Of a stretch of 64,000 nucleotides of DNA, positions 48,170 to 58,081 are shown piece by piece; positions within the stretch are counted from its first letter, which is position 1; every line of letters begins with the position of its first letter. Origin of the DNA: Bacilli bacterium (lineage in GTDB: Bacteria > Bacillota_I > Bacilli_A > RF39 > UBA660); NCBI GenBank assembly GCA_017428495.1, contig JAFRQS010000032.1:148-64147 (forward strand), read 5' to 3'. Position numbers and translations under genes: made by a program. The notes under the pieces are model-generated. The model was not told where the DNA came from. It saw only the letters and a program-made list of their open reading frames with translations, and did not search any database.

Positions 48170-49109
48170 AATTAAAAAGATATTTAAAGATTATTATAAT
48201 ATTAAAGTAAATGATATTCAGTTAGTAAGTGGTGGTTCTGCAGAGATATATAAAGTAGATAATTATATATTAAAGTTATATCAAAAAAAGTATAATGAAG
48301 AGCAAATATCAAAAGAAGTAAATGTAATTAATTATTTAAAAAATAGAGAATTCAAAGTCCCTAATTATTTAAAAACTATTGATGATAAATATTTAGTAAA
48401 AGTAGATGATAGATATTTAATTGTACAAGAATTTATAAATGGAATTACCAAGGATAAATTTATGGCTACTAAAAAAGAAATAAAAGAATGTGGATATCTT
48501 CATGGACTTTTAGTGAAGAATTTAATGGATTATAAAGTAGATGATAAAGAAGATGGGAATTGGTATGATTTTAATAGTAATATAGAAAAATTAAATGAAA
48601 TAATTAAATTAGGTAATAATAAATTAATTGTCTCAGATTTAAGTAAAAAGATTGAAATGATGAATAGTTTTGAAGATGATTTAAAAGATATAGATAAAAT
48701 ATCATACTATACATCACATGGTGATTTTAGTTATTTACAATTTATATATGATAAAGGCAAAGTAAATGCAATTATAGATTTTATAAGAGTAAAGAGATTA
48801 CCAATTGTATGGGAAATAATTAGAAGTTATAGTTATATGGATAAAAAATGTAAAGATGCAAAAATAGATATTGATAATTTAATTTTATATGTTAAAGAAT
48901 TTATGAAGAATGTAAAATTAACTAAATATGATTTAAAATATATGCCATATGTTTATATGTGTCAATTATTTAGAAGTACATATGGATACAAAGAATATTA
49001 TAAAAAAGATAACAATAATATTTTAGAATTTGCGCACTTTAGGACTCAGTTATGTGAATACTTATTTAAGAATAGTAAAGAAATATCAAGGAGGTTAGAA
49101 GAATTATGA
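48138..49109 (+). CDS. APH/choline-kinase-like phosphotransferase
   Basis: RBS ggagg plus GTG 48138; YILKL, SHGDF, AIIDF. Confidence 0.85.
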   Translation: MIEKKVLNKTKIKKIFKDYYNIKVNDIQLVSGGSAEIYKVDNYILKLYQKKYNEEQISKEVNVINYLKNREFKVPNYLKTIDDKYLVKVDDRYLIVQEFINGITKDKFMATKKEIKECGYLHGLLVKNLMDYKVDDKEDGNWYDFNSNIEKLNEIIKLGNNKLIVSDLSKKIEMMNSFEDDLKDIDKISYYTSHGDFSYLQFIYDKGKVNAIIDFIRVKRLPIVWEIIRSYSYMDKKCKDAKIDIDNLILYVKEFMKNVKLTKYDLKYMPYVYMCQLFRSTYGYKEYYKKDNNNILEFAHFRTQLCEYLFKNSKEISRRLEEL

Positions 49110-50044
49110 AAGATATTATATTAGTTGGAAGGGGTAAAGCTAGTAGAATACATACTATGTCATATAATAAATTTGAAAAAGTACCTAATTTATATTATGC
49201 TGATGTAGATATACCTATAAAAAAGATATTAAAGGATAATAAACTAGATGTCGATAATGTAATAGTTGATATTGTAACACCAAAAGAAGTATTTGTAGAA
49301 GTAATTGAAACTTGTGAATCATTGGGTTTATATAACATAATAGTAGAAAAACCATTTGTAATAGAAGAGGATTTCTTTAAAAAACATCCAAAATTAAATA
49401 TAGTTATGATTCAAAATTACATATATTCATTAACTACTAATTTTGTTAAAGATTATTTAGATAAGAATAAATTAAAAATAAAATCAATAATGACTAATTT
49501 TTCTAAAAATAGAATAAATGAAAGTATTAATATGCGTGGTATGAGTAGTAAAATAACAGAGAACTATGAAATAGAAGTACCACATCAAGTTTATATTTGT
49601 GATTATTTATTGGGTAGTAGAAGTGAACTATTAATGCTTGAACAAAAAGATATGCAAAATATTGATAGAACTTTAAAAAATCATGGATATAGTTTCTCAA
49701 TGCTAAAAAATAAAAACGTAATAATAAGTCATCAATGTGATTTAACATCTAATACTTTGCATAAAGGAATGACAATTTATTGTGAGGATAATGTAGTAAT
49801 AAGTGTTGAATATTCAATATATGATAAAGAATTAGCGTGTTTAAGAAATAGTAGAGTAGTTATATATAAAGATAAAAATAAAATAATGGATGCTGAGATT
49901 GTTGATGACAATATGTATTATTGTTTAAAAGATTTTTATGAATATTTTAGCGGTAAAAAGATTAATCCGGTATATAAGAAAAGAATAGAAGATTTTAGTA
50001 TAATAATGAAAGAATATGCAAGCTTTAGTAGTAAGTATTGCTAG
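49106..50044 (+). CDS. Gfo/Idh/MocA-like oxidoreductase
   Basis: LVGRGKASRIH, DIVTP, IVEKP, EVPHQ. Confidence 0.72.
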   Translation: MKDIILVGRGKASRIHTMSYNKFEKVPNLYYADVDIPIKKILKDNKLDVDNVIVDIVTPKEVFVEVIETCESLGLYNIIVEKPFVIEEDFFKKHPKLNIVMIQNYIYSLTTNFVKDYLDKNKLKIKSIMTNFSKNRINESINMRGMSSKITENYEIEVPHQVYICDYLLGSRSELLMLEQKDMQNIDRTLKNHGYSFSMLKNKNVIISHQCDLTSNTLHKGMTIYCEDNVVISVEYSIYDKELACLRNSRVVIYKDKNKIMDAEIVDDNMYYCLKDFYEYFSGKKINPVYKKRIEDFSIIMKEYASFSSKYC

Positions 50045-50052
50045 GAGGAACT

Positions 50053-51372
50053 ATGAAAGTTACAGTTGCTGGTACTGGTTATGTAGGACTTGTTACAGGT
50101 GTTTGTTTAGCACATATAGGTCATGAAGTCACATGCCTTGATGTAGTTGAAGAAAAAATTGAAATGTTAAAGAATGGTAAAAGTCCAATATATGAACCGG
50201 ATTTAGAAGATTTAATGTTAAAAAATAAAGATAGACTAAATTTTACAACTAATTATAAAAAAGCATATAAAGATGCAGATGTAATATTTATAGGTGTAGG
50301 AACACCAGAAAGAATAGATGGTACTGCAAATTTAGATTATGTTAATGAAGTTGCAAGACAAATTTCTGAATCTATAGATAAGGATACAGTGGTAGTAATT
50401 AAATCAACTGTTCCAATAGGTACTAATGATAGAATAGAAGAATACCTAAATGGAAATATAAAAAATGGTATTAAGGTAAGAGTAGCAAGTAATCCAGAAT
50501 TTTTAGCTGAAGGAACCGCAGTAAAAGATACTTTATATGCATCTAGAATTGTAATTGGTACTGAAGATAAGATTGCTGAAAAGGTACTTAAAGAGTTATA
50601 TTTACCATTAACAAAAAAGCCATATAATGTGCCATTATTATCTATGGATAGAAGATCTGCTGAAATGGTAAAATATGCATCAAATGATTTTTTAGCACTT
50701 AAAATATCTTACATAAATGAAATAGCTAACTTCTGCGAGAGTGTAGGTGCGAATATAAAAAATGTAACATTAGGAATGGGTTATGATCCAAGAATAGGAA
50801 ATAAATTTTTAAATTCAGGAATAGGGTATGGTGGATCATGCTTTCCAAAAGATACAAAAGCATTACATTGGTTGAGCAAAAGTTTAGATTGTGAACTTAA
50901 AACTGTAAAAGCATGTATAGAAGTTAATAAAGATCAAAAATTAAGGTTATTTCATAAATTGAAAAATTCATTATATTTGAAGGATTTGGAAGTTGCTATA
51001 TTAGGTGTTACATTTAAACCAAATACAGATGATTTACGTGATGCTCCTAGTATAGATAATGTAGAACTATTACTTGAATATGGTGCTAATGTTACGGTAT
51101 ATGATCCAATAGGACTTGATAATTTTAAGAAAAGATTTAAAGATAGAGTAAATTATGCAAGTAGTATTAATGAAGCAATAAAAGATAAAGAAGCTGTAAT
51201 GATTATGACAGAGTGGAAAGAAATTAAAGAATATGATTTAAATAATTATGTTAAATATATGAATAAAGCAAATATATTTGATGGAAGAAATTGCTATGAT
51301 TTAGATGATTTTAAAAATATAGATGCATATTATGTATCTATAGGAAGAAAAGATGTAGGAAGTTTAAAATAA
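50053..51372 (+). CDS. ugd: UDP-glucose 6-dehydrogenase family
   Basis: GTGYVG, KSTVP, NPEFL, GYGGSCFPKD, FKPNTDD, DGRN. Confidence 0.93.
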   Translation: MKVTVAGTGYVGLVTGVCLAHIGHEVTCLDVVEEKIEMLKNGKSPIYEPDLEDLMLKNKDRLNFTTNYKKAYKDADVIFIGVGTPERIDGTANLDYVNEVARQISESIDKDTVVVIKSTVPIGTNDRIEEYLNGNIKNGIKVRVASNPEFLAEGTAVKDTLYASRIVIGTEDKIAEKVLKELYLPLTKKPYNVPLLSMDRRSAEMVKYASNDFLALKISYINEIANFCESVGANIKNVTLGMGYDPRIGNKFLNSGIGYGGSCFPKDTKALHWLSKSLDCELKTVKACIEVNKDQKLRLFHKLKNSLYLKDLEVAILGVTFKPNTDDLRDAPSIDNVELLLEYGANVTVYDPIGLDNFKKRFKDRVNYASSINEAIKDKEAVMIMTEWKEIKEYDLNNYVKYMNKANIFDGRNCYDLDDFKNIDAYYVSIGRKDVGSLK

Positions 51373-51382
51373 CTTCCTTTTT
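51358..51382 (+). terminator. Intrinsic terminator closing the LysR-linked operon
   Basis: aggaagtt-taaaat-aacttcct followed by tttt. Confidence 0.7.
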
Positions 51383-51455
51383 ATGTAAATTTACCATCAT
51401 TTGTATTTTCATACATTTTTATGATATAATAATATCGGTATAGTAGGTGAATTAT

Positions 51456-51614
51456 ATGAGTATGGGAAAAGTAGTAATAGACGGAGTAGAAACTAAGTTT
51501 TCATTTGATATTGATGAAGATGAAATTGAAGTCAATGAAAAAAAATTAGATAATACTATCGATTTAAAAGAGGTAATAGAAAGCATTAATGGACAGGATA
51601 CAGAGAGCCAATGA
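51456..51614 (+). CDS. Small acidic protein (52 aa) not in the ORF track
   Basis: MSMGKVVIDGVETKFSFDIDEDEIEVNEKKLDNTIDLKEVIESINGQDTESQ; RBS aggtga; extended -10 tgatataat at 51422-51430. Confidence 0.65.
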   Translation: MSMGKVVIDGVETKFSFDIDEDEIEVNEKKLDNTIDLKEVIESINGQDTESQ

Positions 51615-52956
51615 TTTCTTGCGTTTAATTGCTGAAATATCAAAAAATGGCATATTAATTGATTCAAACTTAGTATATTCTAATTTAATTACTCTTGGAA
51701 CCGAAAAAAAATTAATAGATACTTACTTTACTACATGGCAAAACAGGGATGCAAATAATCCAAATATAGATGTATTTGTACAACCAGATTGGAAATGTTT
51801 TTGTCAATTTAAATCAAAAAATGCAACTAGAGACTTTGATGATATGCTTAAAATATATATACCCATAGATGAAAGTCATATTTATCATGGCGTAAATAAA
51901 ATATTTGATTATATTTCTAGAAATAATATATCACATAAATCAAAAGTAGCTACTCATACTAGGTTTGATGATTTAGTAATAAGAGTTGATGACGTTGAAG
52001 CATTATCGGATATAAGAAAATTTGTAGAAAATGATGGATATATAATTGAAGGACTAATACAAACAAATCCATTTGCTATTTCTGATGGTATGATTTCATT
52101 CGCATGGGATGGTGATTTATCATATAATAGGGTAGTGTCAGAATGGATTAGTGAATATATCAATTCGATGCAAAATAATTTGGATGCTATTTCTTATGAT
52201 TCATTTATTGATTATGTAGGAAAACAATATGAAGAAGTATTCGAACAAGGACAAGGTATAAATTCATTTTATAGAAGTAGAAAGATTAATAATAGTATTA
52301 ATGATCTTGTAAATTATCAAAGAATTACAGAGTTATTACTTATATCGCTACAAAGAGATAGTAAATTATCGGATTTATATAAATTTTATGAGTATGTTAA
52401 ATCACCGTATAGTAAAACAGAGGCATATGAAAATATAAAAAGACTAAAAAATAAAGATTCTTTGATAGTAGAAGAAATACCAGATGATGTAAAAGAAGCA
52501 TTTGATTATGCATTTTTACAAATTTCTACAAAAGAGAGCCCAGAAGCAGCGGTATTACGTTTTAAAAAATTTGTAAAAGATGGTAATTATGATTTGTTTA
52601 CTAGAACTAATGGAGTTAGAGCTCTTATGCAGGAGACAATTAATATTCCTTTCATAAATAGAATAATATATGAAGAACAAAAATCAGCGCTCATATCTTC
52701 ATCTTTAGAAACATTAAAAAAGTATGATACTATTCAATTAGGAAGAGCAATATTTGGTGTAGAAAATAATGATTATCGAAGTTTTACTAGTAGTAATGGT
52801 GCTAGAGAAAGATTAAGGCTTTGGGTAAGACCAGATGAGGTTTCAAATGTTGTTAAAAATATATTAATAGAAGAAGGATATACAGATATAAAACCATATG
52901 AGGAATATTGGGTATTTATGGAAATGATATCAAAATTAAATGGTAAAAGTAAATAA
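51589..52956 (+). CDS. Hypothetical protein
   Basis: 455-aa ORF; KIYIP..HKSKV..RFDDLVIR core; internal repeat GNYDLFTRTNGVR / NDYRSFTSSNGAR. Confidence 0.75.
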   Translation: MDRIQRANDFLRLIAEISKNGILIDSNLVYSNLITLGTEKKLIDTYFTTWQNRDANNPNIDVFVQPDWKCFCQFKSKNATRDFDDMLKIYIPIDESHIYHGVNKIFDYISRNNISHKSKVATHTRFDDLVIRVDDVEALSDIRKFVENDGYIIEGLIQTNPFAISDGMISFAWDGDLSYNRVVSEWISEYINSMQNNLDAISYDSFIDYVGKQYEEVFEQGQGINSFYRSRKINNSINDLVNYQRITELLLISLQRDSKLSDLYKFYEYVKSPYSKTEAYENIKRLKNKDSLIVEEIPDDVKEAFDYAFLQISTKESPEAAVLRFKKFVKDGNYDLFTRTNGVRALMQETINIPFINRIIYEEQKSALISSSLETLKKYDTIQLGRAIFGVENNDYRSFTSSNGARERLRLWVRPDEVSNVVKNILIEEGYTDIKPYEEYWVFMEMISKLNGKSK

Positions 52957-52966
52957 TGGAGGAATT

Positions 52967-53659
52967 ATGGGGGAATATTTATATGTAGCAACACAAATAC
53001 AAGAAGTTATGGCAAATATAGAGGAATATGTAATACCTGAAAATAGAGAGATTATCGAGTATCTTTGGGATATGAATATACTTACTACTCAAACTAATAA
53101 TTATGAAAATGAATTCTCATGGATACAATTAGGGGAACTATCTGAAGAAAATGAAAAAATATTTTGGAAATTAGTAAATGAAATGATGGATTTAGATGAA
53201 CGTACAGCGTCTAAGTTTACTACATATAGAGGAATAAGTGTACCAATAGTACCTGGTACAAGAGGTACATTTGATGATTTTAAATTATTAGTTGATCATT
53301 TAAAACCACAAGATGTTCAAAAAGATGGATATATGACAGAAGATGAATTTTTTATAAAAATGGGTTTTTCTATGGTTATTGATAATCCAGAGTATGGTAA
53401 GGTTCCTGAACCAGAATATGAAGATTATAATGATGTAAAAAAATATCAAGAAGCTTGTAAAAAGTATAATGATTCATTGATAAGAAGAATAACTGTTGTA
53501 GACAGAACTAAAATTACAAAACCAATAGAAGAGTATTTAGAAGAAAATGATTATAGCGGATGCTATGATAAAGAAGAAGGGAAAATATTCTATAATCAAA
53601 GACTATATGAAGGACATATGAGGTTCAAAAATAAAGAACAACCAAAAAAACACCTATAA
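52967..53659 (+). CDS. Hypothetical protein
   Basis: RBS ggagg; 230 aa; followed by terminator aaaaaacacct/aggtgtttttt. Confidence 0.72.
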   Translation: MGEYLYVATQIQEVMANIEEYVIPENREIIEYLWDMNILTTQTNNYENEFSWIQLGELSEENEKIFWKLVNEMMDLDERTASKFTTYRGISVPIVPGTRGTFDDFKLLVDHLKPQDVQKDGYMTEDEFFIKMGFSMVIDNPEYGKVPEPEYEDYNDVKKYQEACKKYNDSLIRRITVVDRTKITKPIEEYLEENDYSGCYDKEEGKIFYNQRLYEGHMRFKNKEQPKKHL

Positions 53660-53697
53660 AAGGTGTTTTTTGTGTTACAATAAAAAAGGTGATTTTT

Positions 53698-55473
53698 ATG
53701 ATTAAAGAAAAATTATCATTATTACCTGATAAACCAGGTTGTTATTTAATGAAAGATAAGAATGGTGTAATTATATATGTAGGTAAAGCAAAGAATTTGA
53801 AAAGACGTGTAAATTCTTATTTTAATCGTACTCATACAGGTAAAACAAGTGTACTTGTAAGTAATATAGTAGATTTTGAATATATAATTACTAATTCAGA
53901 ACTTGAATCTTTATTACTTGAAATAAATTTAATTAAAGAATATACACCTAAATATAATGTATTATTAAAAGATGATAAAAGTTATCCATATATAGAACTT
54001 ACTGATGAAAAAATACCTAGGCTTTTAATAGTAAGACCTAACAAATTAAGAAAGAAAAATATAAAATTATATGGACCATATCCAAATGTAACAGCAGCTA
54101 GGAAAACAATAGAATTATTAAATAGGTTATATCCTTTAAGAAAATGTACTACAATGCCTAAAAAAGAATGTTTATATTATCATTTGGGAGAATGTCTTGG
54201 TTATTGCATAAATAAAATAGAGGATAATAAAATAAAAGAATTAACTGATGAAATAACTAAATTTCTAAAAGGCGATGATACCATAGTATTAACTAAAATA
54301 GATAATGAGATGAATGAATGTATAAATAAATTAAATTTTGAAAAAGCAAAAGAATTAAAAGAATTAAAAGACTTTATAAATATAACTCTTAGAAAACAAT
54401 TAATAGATTTGAATGATAATATAGATAGAGATATATTTGGTTATGCAGTATATAAAGGTTATATAGCTATACAAGTATTATTCTTAAGAGGTGGAAAATT
54501 AGTAGAAAGAAAATCTAGTATTTATCCAATAATTATGGATGAAGTAGAGGATTTAACACTATATATATGTAGTTTTTATGATAAAAATAATATAAAACCA
54601 AAAGAAATATTAATACCTGATATGATAGATGAAAATTTAATAAAAGAAGTACTTGATATAAATGTATATAAACCAGTTAAAGGTAAGAAAAAAGAATTAG
54701 TAGAAATGGCCAATAATAATGCACTAAATGTATTAAAAGAAAAATTCGAACTTATTAAAACAAATGATGAAAATGCACTTAATGCATGTATAGAACTTAA
54801 AAATTTATTAAATATAGATTCTGCAAATAAAATAGAAGCATTTGATAATAGTCACTTGTTTGGAACTTATTCAGTAAGTGGTATGGTAACATTTACTTTA
54901 GGTCTACCAGATAAAAACAATTATAGAAAATATAAAATAAATTCTGAACAATTTGATGATTTCCATGTAATGAAAGAAGTAATATATAGAAGATATTTTA
55001 GAGTGCTTATGGATAATTTAGAAAAACCAGATCTAATAATTGTAGATGGTGGTAAAGCACAAATAACAGCAGCAACAGAAGTATTAAATTCATTAAATCT
55101 AAATATACCAATATGTGGACTTGTGAAAAATGATAAGCATAGGACAAGTGAAATATTATTTAATAATAAATTATATGAAGTAGATAAAACATCTAATTTA
55201 TTTCATATGTTAGAAAGAATACAAGATGAAGTACATAATTATGCAATTAGTTATCATAAACAAATAAGAAGTAAGGGAGCATTATCATCTATATTAGATA
55301 ATATACCTGGCATAGGTGATAAAAGAAAAAAGATGTTACTTAAAAAATATTCAAGTATGAATAAAATGAAAGAAGCAACACTAGAAGAATTAAAAGAAAT
55401 ATTACCAGATGATGTAGCATATAATTTGTATGAATTCTTAAAAGGTGATGAAAATGAGAATAGGAGTATTTGA
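53698..55473 (+). CDS. uvrC: Excinuclease ABC subunit C
   Basis: GIY-YIG start PGCYLM..IYVGKAKNL, IEAFDNSH, IVDGG, QDEVH, HhH IPGIG. Confidence 0.97.
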   Translation: MIKEKLSLLPDKPGCYLMKDKNGVIIYVGKAKNLKRRVNSYFNRTHTGKTSVLVSNIVDFEYIITNSELESLLLEINLIKEYTPKYNVLLKDDKSYPYIELTDEKIPRLLIVRPNKLRKKNIKLYGPYPNVTAARKTIELLNRLYPLRKCTTMPKKECLYYHLGECLGYCINKIEDNKIKELTDEITKFLKGDDTIVLTKIDNEMNECINKLNFEKAKELKELKDFINITLRKQLIDLNDNIDRDIFGYAVYKGYIAIQVLFLRGGKLVERKSSIYPIIMDEVEDLTLYICSFYDKNNIKPKEILIPDMIDENLIKEVLDINVYKPVKGKKKELVEMANNNALNVLKEKFELIKTNDENALNACIELKNLLNIDSANKIEAFDNSHLFGTYSVSGMVTFTLGLPDKNNYRKYKINSEQFDDFHVMKEVIYRRYFRVLMDNLEKPDLIIVDGGKAQITAATEVLNSLNLNIPICGLVKNDKHRTSEILFNNKLYEVDKTSNLFHMLERIQDEVHNYAISYHKQIRSKGALSSILDNIPGIGDKRKKMLLKKYSSMNKMKEATLEELKEILPDDVAYNLYEFLKGDENENRSI

Positions 55474-56179
55474 TTCAGGAGTAGGAGGGCTTACTGTACT
55501 TAAATCTTTATATGAAAAATATCCAAATAATGAATATTATTATATAGCAGATAGTAAAAACCTACCATATGGAGAAAAAACAAAAGAAGAATTATTTAGT
55601 TATGCATCTAGAATTATAGATTATTTTATATTACAAGATATAAAATTAATAGTAATTGGTTGTAATACAATATGTTCAACAGTATACAAAGATTTAGAAA
55701 ATAAATATAAAGATATTACTTTTATTGGAGTAATAGATGCAACAGTAGATTTATTTTTAAAATCAAATAAAAAAAATGTATTAGTAATAGCTACTACTAA
55801 TACTATAAAATCTAATAAATATGAAACAAAAATAAAATGTAAAAACAATAATATAATAGTACATAACCTAGCAACACCTAACTTAGTACCATTAATAGAA
55901 AATGATTTAGATACAACCAAAGAAATAAATAATATATTATCTAATTATAAAGATATAGATAGTATTATTTTAGGATGTACTCACTACAAATTAATTGAAG
56001 ATAAAATATCAAGTAATATAACATGTATTGATAGTTCTACAGGAGTAATAAATGTAATAAATAAATATATCAATAATTCAATTAATAATATTAAAATATA
56101 TACAACAGGTAATAAAGAAGAATTTAATAAAATATGTAAAAGAATAATGAATATTAATGGAGAAAAATTAGATATATAA
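55454..56179 (+). CDS. murI: Glutamate racemase
   Basis: FDSGVGGLTV, PYGEK, IGCNT, LGCTHY. Confidence 0.95.
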   Translation: MRIGVFDSGVGGLTVLKSLYEKYPNNEYYYIADSKNLPYGEKTKEELFSYASRIIDYFILQDIKLIVIGCNTICSTVYKDLENKYKDITFIGVIDATVDLFLKSNKKNVLVIATTNTIKSNKYETKIKCKNNNIIVHNLATPNLVPLIENDLDTTKEINNILSNYKDIDSIILGCTHYKLIEDKISSNITCIDSSTGVINVINKYINNSINNIKIYTTGNKEEFNKICKRIMNINGEKLDI

Positions 56180-56273
56180 TGTCTAATTTTTTTATTTATA
56201 GTTTTAAAAAATATATATGAATGATATAATAAAAATGATATTAAACATATATATCCTCCAGGAAGTGCTAACT

Positions 56274-56303
56274 AAAAGAATAGAATTTACAATCTATTCT
56301 TTT
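56274..56303 (+). terminator. Intrinsic terminator between murI and mutL
   Basis: aaaagaataga-atttacaa-tctattctttt. Confidence 0.7.
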
Positions 56304-56329
56304 TCTTTTATAATTAAGTTGGTGGTATT

Positions 56330-58081
56330 ATGAGTAAAATTAAAGTAATGGATGAGATTCTTGCTAATAAGATTGCAGCAGGAGAAGTAATAGAAAAGTG
56401 TGTATCTATAGTTAAAGAATTAGTAGAAAATAGTATAGATGCTAAAAGTAGTAAGATAAGAATAGATTTATTAAATAGTGGTGTTAATGAGATAAGAGTT
56501 ACTGATAATGGAATTGGAATGGACTCTGATGATGCTTTACTTGCATTTCAAAGACATGCTACTAGTAAGTTATTGAGTGATAAAGATTTATTTAATATTA
56601 ATTCACTTGGATTTAGAGGTGAAGCATTACCTTCTATTGCATCAGTAAGTGAAGTTGAATTAAAAACATGTCAAAAAGATGTAGGTACTAGAATTGTAAT
56701 TAAAGGTGGTAAATTAATTATTAATGAGAAATGTGAAGCTAGAGTTGGTACTGAAATAATTGTTAAAAAATTATTTTATAATACACCTGCTAGATTGAAA
56801 CATTTAAGTAGTTTATATACTGAGCTTGCAAATGTAAGTGAGTTTGTAAATAAAATAGCATTATCTTATCCGTCTATATCATTTACTCTTACTAATGATG
56901 GTAAAACATTATTAAATACTGATGGTAGAGGTAGTTTACTAAAGGTTATAAATAGTATTTATGGAATTGATATTACAAAAAGAATGGTTGAAGTAAGTGG
57001 TAGTGATGATGAATATAGTATAAGTGGATATATAAGCCTTCCAGAAGTGAATAAAAGTAGTAGAAATCATATGATTACTATTGTAAATGGAAGGATAGTA
57101 AGAAATTTAGAAATAAATAAGTGTATTAATGAAGCATATCATACTTATAAACCAGATGATAGATATCCAATAGTTATATTAAATATTGAAGTTGATACAT
57201 CATTAGTAGATGTAAATATACATCCTACTAAACAAGATATTAAATTTAGTAAATTAGAAGAATTGAAAGAGTTAATTACTAATATTATAATTAATGCATT
57301 AAAAGAAAAGATACTTATCCCTAAAATGGAAGAAAAAAGTACTATTCCATTTATTAATAAAGTTATTGCAGAAAAAGAAGTTGTTGAAGATAAAAAAGAA
57401 GAAATTAAAGAAGAGAAAAAATATGAGGAAGTAACATTAGATTTAGATTATATAAAGGAAGAAACTAGCACCTATCAAGAAGAAATAGTGGATAATAAAA
57501 AAGTACCAGTTATGTATCCGGTAGGAGTAGTAAGAGGTACATATATAGTGTGTCAAAATGAGGATGGTATGTTTTTAATAGATCAGCATGCTGCTAATGA
57601 GAGAATAAATTATGAGTATTATTATGAATCACTTACTAATAAGACAGAAGTAGTGAATATGTTAATACCTATTAATTTGGAATTTCCATCTAATGAATAT
57701 TTAATTATTAAAGAAAATTTAGATATATTAAGAGATATTGGCTTTGATATAGAAGAGTTTGGTATAAGTTCATTTATAATTAGAAGTCATCCAATATGGT
57801 TACCTAAAGGTAATGAAGAATTAGCTATAAAGAAAATATTAGAATTAATTGTTGAAAAAGAAAAGAATTTTGATAAACAAAGGTTTAATGATAGAGTAGC
57901 AGCTACAGTAGCATGTAAAGCTAGTATAAAAGCAAATGATGCGATAAGTATTGAAGAAATGGAAGTATTAGTAAACAAGTTAAGACAATGTAAAAATCCA
58001 TATACATGTCCACATGGTAGACCTACAATTATATTTTATTCTAATTATGAGCTTGAAAAGCTATTTAAGAGGGCGATGTAA
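56330..58081 (+). CDS. mutL: DNA mismatch repair endonuclease MutL
   Basis: IAAGEVIE, KELVENSIDA, GFRGEAL, DQHAANERINYE, CPHGRP. Confidence 0.97.
   Translation: MSKIKVMDEILANKIAAGEVIEKCVSIVKELVENSIDAKSSKIRIDLLNSGVNEIRVTDNGIGMDSDDALLAFQRHATSKLLSDKDLFNINSLGFRGEALPSIASVSEVELKTCQKDVGTRIVIKGGKLIINEKCEARVGTEIIVKKLFYNTPARLKHLSSLYTELANVSEFVNKIALSYPSISFTLTNDGKTLLNTDGRGSLLKVINSIYGIDITKRMVEVSGSDDEYSISGYISLPEVNKSSRNHMITIVNGRIVRNLEINKCINEAYHTYKPDDRYPIVILNIEVDTSLVDVNIHPTKQDIKFSKLEELKELITNIIINALKEKILIPKMEEKSTIPFINKVIAEKEVVEDKKEEIKEEKKYEEVTLDLDYIKEETSTYQEEIVDNKKVPVMYPVGVVRGTYIVCQNEDGMFLIDQHAANERINYEYYYESLTNKTEVVNMLIPINLEFPSNEYLIIKENLDILRDIGFDIEEFGISSFIIRSHPIWLPKGNEELAIKKILELIVEKEKNFDKQRFNDRVAATVACKASIKANDAISIEEMEVLVNKLRQCKNPYTCPHGRPTIIFYSNYELEKLFKRAM

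Noticed and set aside
51372-51391. dif-like sequence acttcct...ttatgtaaa
   Set aside because: Arms are too close for an 11-6-11 dif site and the sequence is the right arm and U-tract of the ugd terminator
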